Of a DNA stretch of 47,040 nucleotides, positions 43,207 through 47,040 are shown one piece after another; positions within the stretch are counted from its first letter, which is position 1; every line of letters begins with the position of its first letter. The notes beneath the pieces were generated by a model. It was not told the DNA's origin. It saw only the letters and a program-made list of their open reading frames with translations, and ran no database searches. Source of the stretch: an uncultured Planctomycetota bacterium (GTDB taxonomy: Bacteria > JAJVIF01 > JAPKYR01 > CAZSPL01); assembly GCA_964608735.1 (NCBI GenBank), contig CAZSPL010000006.1, positions 1-47,040 on the forward strand. The letters are read 5' to 3'. Made by a program: the position numbers and the translations under genes.

Positions 43207-44926
43207 AAGCTTCAAGTGGCTTCGACCGTTCGTCATCCTCACAGCGATGCTTATCCTCGTCCGCCTGTTCGCCGCCGGACCCGCGAGCGTGGACGCCGCC
43301 GTGCCCGACACCGCTTCGGCCGCCCCCACCGCGGCCGTCGACAAAGCATCCGGGGGCATCGGCCAGATACAACTCGAACCGGCCGTTCAGACGTTCGTTG
43401 TCATATTGATCATCGTACTCATCGTCACCGTAATAGCCAACTACTTCAAACTCCCATACACGTTGATCCTCGTTATATCCGGGCTGCTCGTGGGATATTT
43501 CCCCATCCTAAAGGGCTTCAGCATGAGCCACGACCTCGTGTTCTTCCTGCTGCTGCCGCCGCTGCTTTTCGAGGGGGCGATAAACCTCAACCTCGAACAC
43601 CTCAGGTCGAATATCGTACCGATTGTGGTCTATGCGTTCCTCGGCGTTGTATTCGGCGCCATCGCCACCGGGCTGCTCGTCGGCGCGGGGGAAATTTTCA
43701 TCAGCTCGGAATTCAGCCTGCTTCTCGGGCTCTTGTTCGGTGCGTTGATAAGCGCCACCGACCCGGTCAGCGTGCTCGGGCTATTCAAGCACCTGCGCGC
43801 GCCGCGCAAACTTGCCACCATACTCGAAGGCGAGAGCCTGTTGAACGACGGCGTCGCGGTTGTCTTTTTCACGATAATCCTGAAGCTCGTCGAGCCCGGC
43901 GGCGGCGAAATGAGCGTCACCGGGGGGATATCGCAGTTCGCGATGATGGTCGTGGGAGGTATCCTGCTCGGCCTGGCATCGGGATTCGTCGCGAGCTGGT
44001 TCACCAAACAGATAGACGACCACCTGATTGAAATAACGCTCAGCACGATAGTTGCGTTCGGCACCTATCTCCTCGCGGAGCATTTCCAGATGTCCGGCGT
44101 AATCGCTGTTGTCACCGCGGGGCTCGTGGTGGGGAACTACGGCTTCGTGGTGGGAATGACGCCGACCACGCGCGTAAGCCTGCTGTCGTTCTGGGAATAC
44201 ATCGGCTTCCTCGTAAACGCGCTGGTGTTTCTGCTTATCGGAATACAGGTGAAGGTCGTCCTGTTATGGGAGCATCGGCTCGGCGTAGTGCTCGCCATCC
44301 TGGCCGTGCTCATCTCCCGCGCGGTGGTGGTGTATTTTCTCGCGCCTCTTATCGGCAGGCTCGATGAGCCGCTGCCGGGAAAATATAAATTCATCATCTG
44401 GTGGGGCGGATTGCGCGGCGCACTCTCCATGGCGCTGGCGTTGAGCCTTCCCGTATACATCCCGTACAGGGAGGAGATCCTCGCGATGACATTCGGCGTC
44501 GCGATATTCAGCCTGCTCGCGCAGGGGCTTACCATCGGCGGACTGCTCAGGAGGCTCGGGCTGCGTACCGGCGATGCATCGGAGCAGTTATACGAAAAAT
44601 TGCTCGGGCGTATCGCGCTCAACTTGACCGCCGCCGACCACATGAACGAACTCGCCCGGGAGAAGGCGATACTCCCGGACCTCGGCCGGAGGCTCGCATC
44701 GGAATACACCGAACGCGCAATGACGGCCGAAGCGGAAATGGAACTGATACGCATTGAGGGGAGGGAAGCGTTCAAGCGGCTCGAACGCGAAGCCAGGCTC
44801 AAGGGGCTCAACGCGGGGAAATCTTCGCTCATGGATTTGTACCAGCGCGGCTCGCTGTCCAAGGAAGTCTACGCCGAGCTCGTGCGTGAAGCGAACAAAG
44901 AGATAGATGACTTGAAGAGGGGATAG
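43199..44926 (+). CDS. nhaP: Na+/H+ antiporter, CPA1 (NhaP-type), with a cytoplasmic C-terminal coiled region
   Basis: ATDPVSVLGLFKHLRAPRKLATILEGESLLNDGVAVVFF is the CPA1 signature, and 10-12 TM segments are present. The ATG overlaps the upstream stop by 8 nt. There is a roughly 60-aa N-terminal extension with a signal-like segment. Confidence 0.88.
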   Translation: MLRSFKWLRPFVILTAMLILVRLFAAGPASVDAAVPDTASAAPTAAVDKASGGIGQIQLEPAVQTFVVILIIVLIVTVIANYFKLPYTLILVISGLLVGYFPILKGFSMSHDLVFFLLLPPLLFEGAINLNLEHLRSNIVPIVVYAFLGVVFGAIATGLLVGAGEIFISSEFSLLLGLLFGALISATDPVSVLGLFKHLRAPRKLATILEGESLLNDGVAVVFFTIILKLVEPGGGEMSVTGGISQFAMMVVGGILLGLASGFVASWFTKQIDDHLIEITLSTIVAFGTYLLAEHFQMSGVIAVVTAGLVVGNYGFVVGMTPTTRVSLLSFWEYIGFLVNALVFLLIGIQVKVVLLWEHRLGVVLAILAVLISRAVVVYFLAPLIGRLDEPLPGKYKFIIWWGGLRGALSMALALSLPVYIPYREEILAMTFGVAIFSLLAQGLTIGGLLRRLGLRTGDASEQLYEKLLGRIALNLTAADHMNELAREKAILPDLGRRLASEYTERAMTAEAEMELIRIEGREAFKRLEREARLKGLNAGKSSLMDLYQRGSLSKEVYAELVREANKEIDDLKRG

Positions 44927-45036
44927 GCCAAACATCCACCTGCCAATCGTGTCTAATAACGACGGGCTTAAGCGGGTATACCGTCGCATATCTTTGCGAT
45001 GTATGAACGCATGCCCGTTTCGGTGGGAGGTGCGTA

Positions 45037-47040
45037 GTGAGTAAAATCATGCGACTGATGCTGATAATCGGGGCCGGCCTGCTCCTTCTATGCGGCTGCT
45101 CTCATTCAACTCCGATGGCGCCGGATGTGGGAGACGGGGTTCGTCCCTCCGCGGATACGAGCGGAGCGCACCACAATTTGATGGGGCTGTATACGTTCAT
45201 CTGCGATCCGGACCTCGGCACCGTGGATATCATCTGCCTTCGCAATGCCGACATCCATCTGAACGCGCTGAAATTCCTCGAACCGCCACCGCTGGTTTAC
45301 CTTGCTATCGAGGGCCAGCCTCATTTCAATGGGAATACTCTCGATGTCGACATCGCCATTACCCACCCAATCGCCGGCAAGAATGCTTTCACCGGATTCG
45401 ATGTCTGCGGGATCTTGATCACACACGGCTCCGTAATCGGCTTCTGCAATCCATACATCAAGATGGCGGGGGAGGGGGATGTCCGGCTGCTCAATGCCGA
45501 TGGATATACGCGCTGGTGGAATCCGTCGGAATTCCCTCAGGGCGATACGATGTTCAATTACATCGATGGCCTCCTTGGCACTCCGGCCTTTACCGCCGAT
45601 TTCAATTGCACCGTCAACGGCTGTAAGTACTTCGCCGATGGATTGGGAAAGGATGACGCCCTGACGGCGCTTTCACCGGGAGACAGGGGCGTCTTTTCCG
45701 CGGGAGCTACGAACATCAGGCACTACACAATCGATATGGCTGATGAGCTGGTTTTCAACTACGCTGTCGATGCAAGCTGGATATTCCCGCAAGGAGAGCC
45801 GCCGTATGTTGTCCCCGACGATTTCCCCCCCGCGGCCAACCGTCCCGAAGCTTGGAACATAAGCATTACCCAGCTCGAGAACGATATTTATTATGAAGAA
45901 TCGACCGGTTTGGCGGGGGGCGACTTAAGGCTGCTTGTCGATGTATGGGACCACTTCGACTCCGGGCTGAACAAAATCCACGCCGAATCCCTGGCCGGGC
46001 TGCCTTACAGCACATTCATCGAACCGATAGGCGGCGGCGAGGGGTACAGCACTTATGAGCTCGATTTCACCGGCGATTATCTCACTCGAAACGGCGATGC
46101 CGAGCTTCTCATAACTGTTGAATCGCAGGAATGGGGATACTACCCAGCTCTCCCCTCAACCCCGGTTTGCTCCTATTTCAAGCATGGCTTCAGCATCAGG
46201 CCGATAAGGATGCAGGGCTGGGCTCGTACATGGGGTCCCGGATATCCCACAAAGGTCGCAGTAGATTCAAGCAGCAATGCCTATGTCACAGGTGTCTTTA
46301 GTGGCCATATCGACTTTGACCCCGGCCCCGACATCGATGAGCACTCAGCCATTGGATCCCAGGATGTATTCCTGAGCAAGTTCGATTCATCAGGTGATTT
46401 CCAATGGGCCCGCACATGGGGCGGCACGTATGATGCCGGTTGTGCGGTCTGTGTGGATACAAGCGGGAATGTATATGCCGCCGGCTGGTTCCACGAAACC
46501 GTAGATTTTGACCCCGGACCTGGAGTCGATGAGCACATATCAGGGGGTTCGACGGATATATTCCTGAGCAAATTCAATTCAATGGGCGATTTCCAGTGGG
46601 CACGTACGTGGGGAGGTACTTATATCGATTATGGCTATGGTGTTGCTGTTGATGTCAACGGCAATGCTTATGTCGCCGGCACTTTTTGGGGCACATCTGA
46701 TTTTGACCCCGGTCCCGAAGTCGATGAGCATACATGCAATGGCGAATACGATGTGTTCCTGTGTAAGCTCGATTCGAACGGCGATTTTCAATGGGCACGC
46801 ACTTGGGGTGGAAATGATGAGGATTGGAGCATTGGAGTTGCCGCCGATGCAAGCGGCAACGCTTATGTTACAGGATATTTCCAAGGAACCGCGGATTTTG
46901 ACCCGGGCGAAGGAATCGACGAGCATACATCCAACGGTGGCTACGATATATTCCTGAGCAAGTTTGACACGAATGGCGGTTTCCAATGGGCTTTCAACTT
47001 CGGTGAGCATTCTAATGACCGTGGTGAGGAAGTTGATGTG
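45037..47040 (+). CDS. Lipoprotein (partial, continues beyond the window): conserved N-terminal module plus SBBP-type propeller repeats
   Basis: Not in the ORF track because no stop lies within the window. My own translation is open from 45007 to 47040. GTG 45037 (GGGAGG 6 nt upstream) or ATG 45049. (MSKI)MRLMLIIGAGLLLLCGC lipobox. The N-terminal module is homologous to that of 26101..28365. From about 46210 there are four blades of FQWARTWGG...VDFDPGPG.DEH...D.FLSKF. The track ORF 45090..45626 is an out-of-frame shadow. Confidence 0.8.
   Translation, partial: MSKIMRLMLIIGAGLLLLCGCSHSTPMAPDVGDGVRPSADTSGAHHNLMGLYTFICDPDLGTVDIICLRNADIHLNALKFLEPPPLVYLAIEGQPHFNGNTLDVDIAITHPIAGKNAFTGFDVCGILITHGSVIGFCNPYIKMAGEGDVRLLNADGYTRWWNPSEFPQGDTMFNYIDGLLGTPAFTADFNCTVNGCKYFADGLGKDDALTALSPGDRGVFSAGATNIRHYTIDMADELVFNYAVDASWIFPQGEPPYVVPDDFPPAANRPEAWNISITQLENDIYYEESTGLAGGDLRLLVDVWDHFDSGLNKIHAESLAGLPYSTFIEPIGGGEGYSTYELDFTGDYLTRNGDAELLITVESQEWGYYPALPSTPVCSYFKHGFSIRPIRMQGWARTWGPGYPTKVAVDSSSNAYVTGVFSGHIDFDPGPDIDEHSAIGSQDVFLSKFDSSGDFQWARTWGGTYDAGCAVCVDTSGNVYAAGWFHETVDFDPGPGVDEHISGGSTDIFLSKFNSMGDFQWARTWGGTYIDYGYGVAVDVNGNAYVAGTFWGTSDFDPGPEVDEHTCNGEYDVFLCKLDSNGDFQWARTWGGNDEDWSIGVAADASGNAYVTGYFQGTADFDPGEGIDEHTSNGGYDIFLSKFDTNGGFQWAFNFGEHSNDRGEEVDV

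Noticed and set aside
45090-45626. 178-aa plus-strand ORF from the track
   Set aside because: It is out of frame within the much longer open frame (45037 to the window end) that encodes a lipobox, a conserved module and SBBP repeats. Its Arg/Gly-rich translation has no recognisable features.

Overview
A 47 kb GC-rich bacterial chromosomal window, probably from an uncultivated anaerobe; I cannot assign a lineage. About 35 genes are supportable. Housekeeping and metabolic genes are fliQ, a tryptophanase/tyrosine phenol-lyase, uppP, a geranylgeranyl reductase, a GT4 glycosyltransferase, an LsrF-type aldolase, a tight pgi-aor-class II aldolase operon followed by a DUF1847 gene, a Trm112-methyltransferase and an NhaP antiporter. 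These are interleaved with many predicted secreted proteins and lipoproteins. They include two tandem thermolysin/fungalysin-like metalloproteases, two tandem PPC-repeat proteins, three SBBP-type seven-bladed propeller lipoproteins (one runs off the window end and is missing from the ORF track), a WG-repeat protein and PD40/YVTN propellers. The most unusual items are: (1) an ECF sigma factor followed by a soluble protein that fuses a zf-HC2 anti-sigma motif to an HD-GYP domain, just downstream of a GAF-PP2C phosphatase; (2) an AT-rich island encoding a roughly 1000-aa protein with a clan-CD-like His/Cys dyad, whose lipoprotein signal peptide is separated from the body by a frameshift in a G7 tract; (3) a family of conserved palindromic terminator-like repeats (AAAAGTAGGGACAGTCACCTGTT) that abut the stop codons of four minus-strand genes, one copy nested and about 190 nt long; (4) several C/G homopolymer tracts in promoter and intergenic regions. 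No rRNA, tRNA, CRISPR array, transposase or integrase was recognised.
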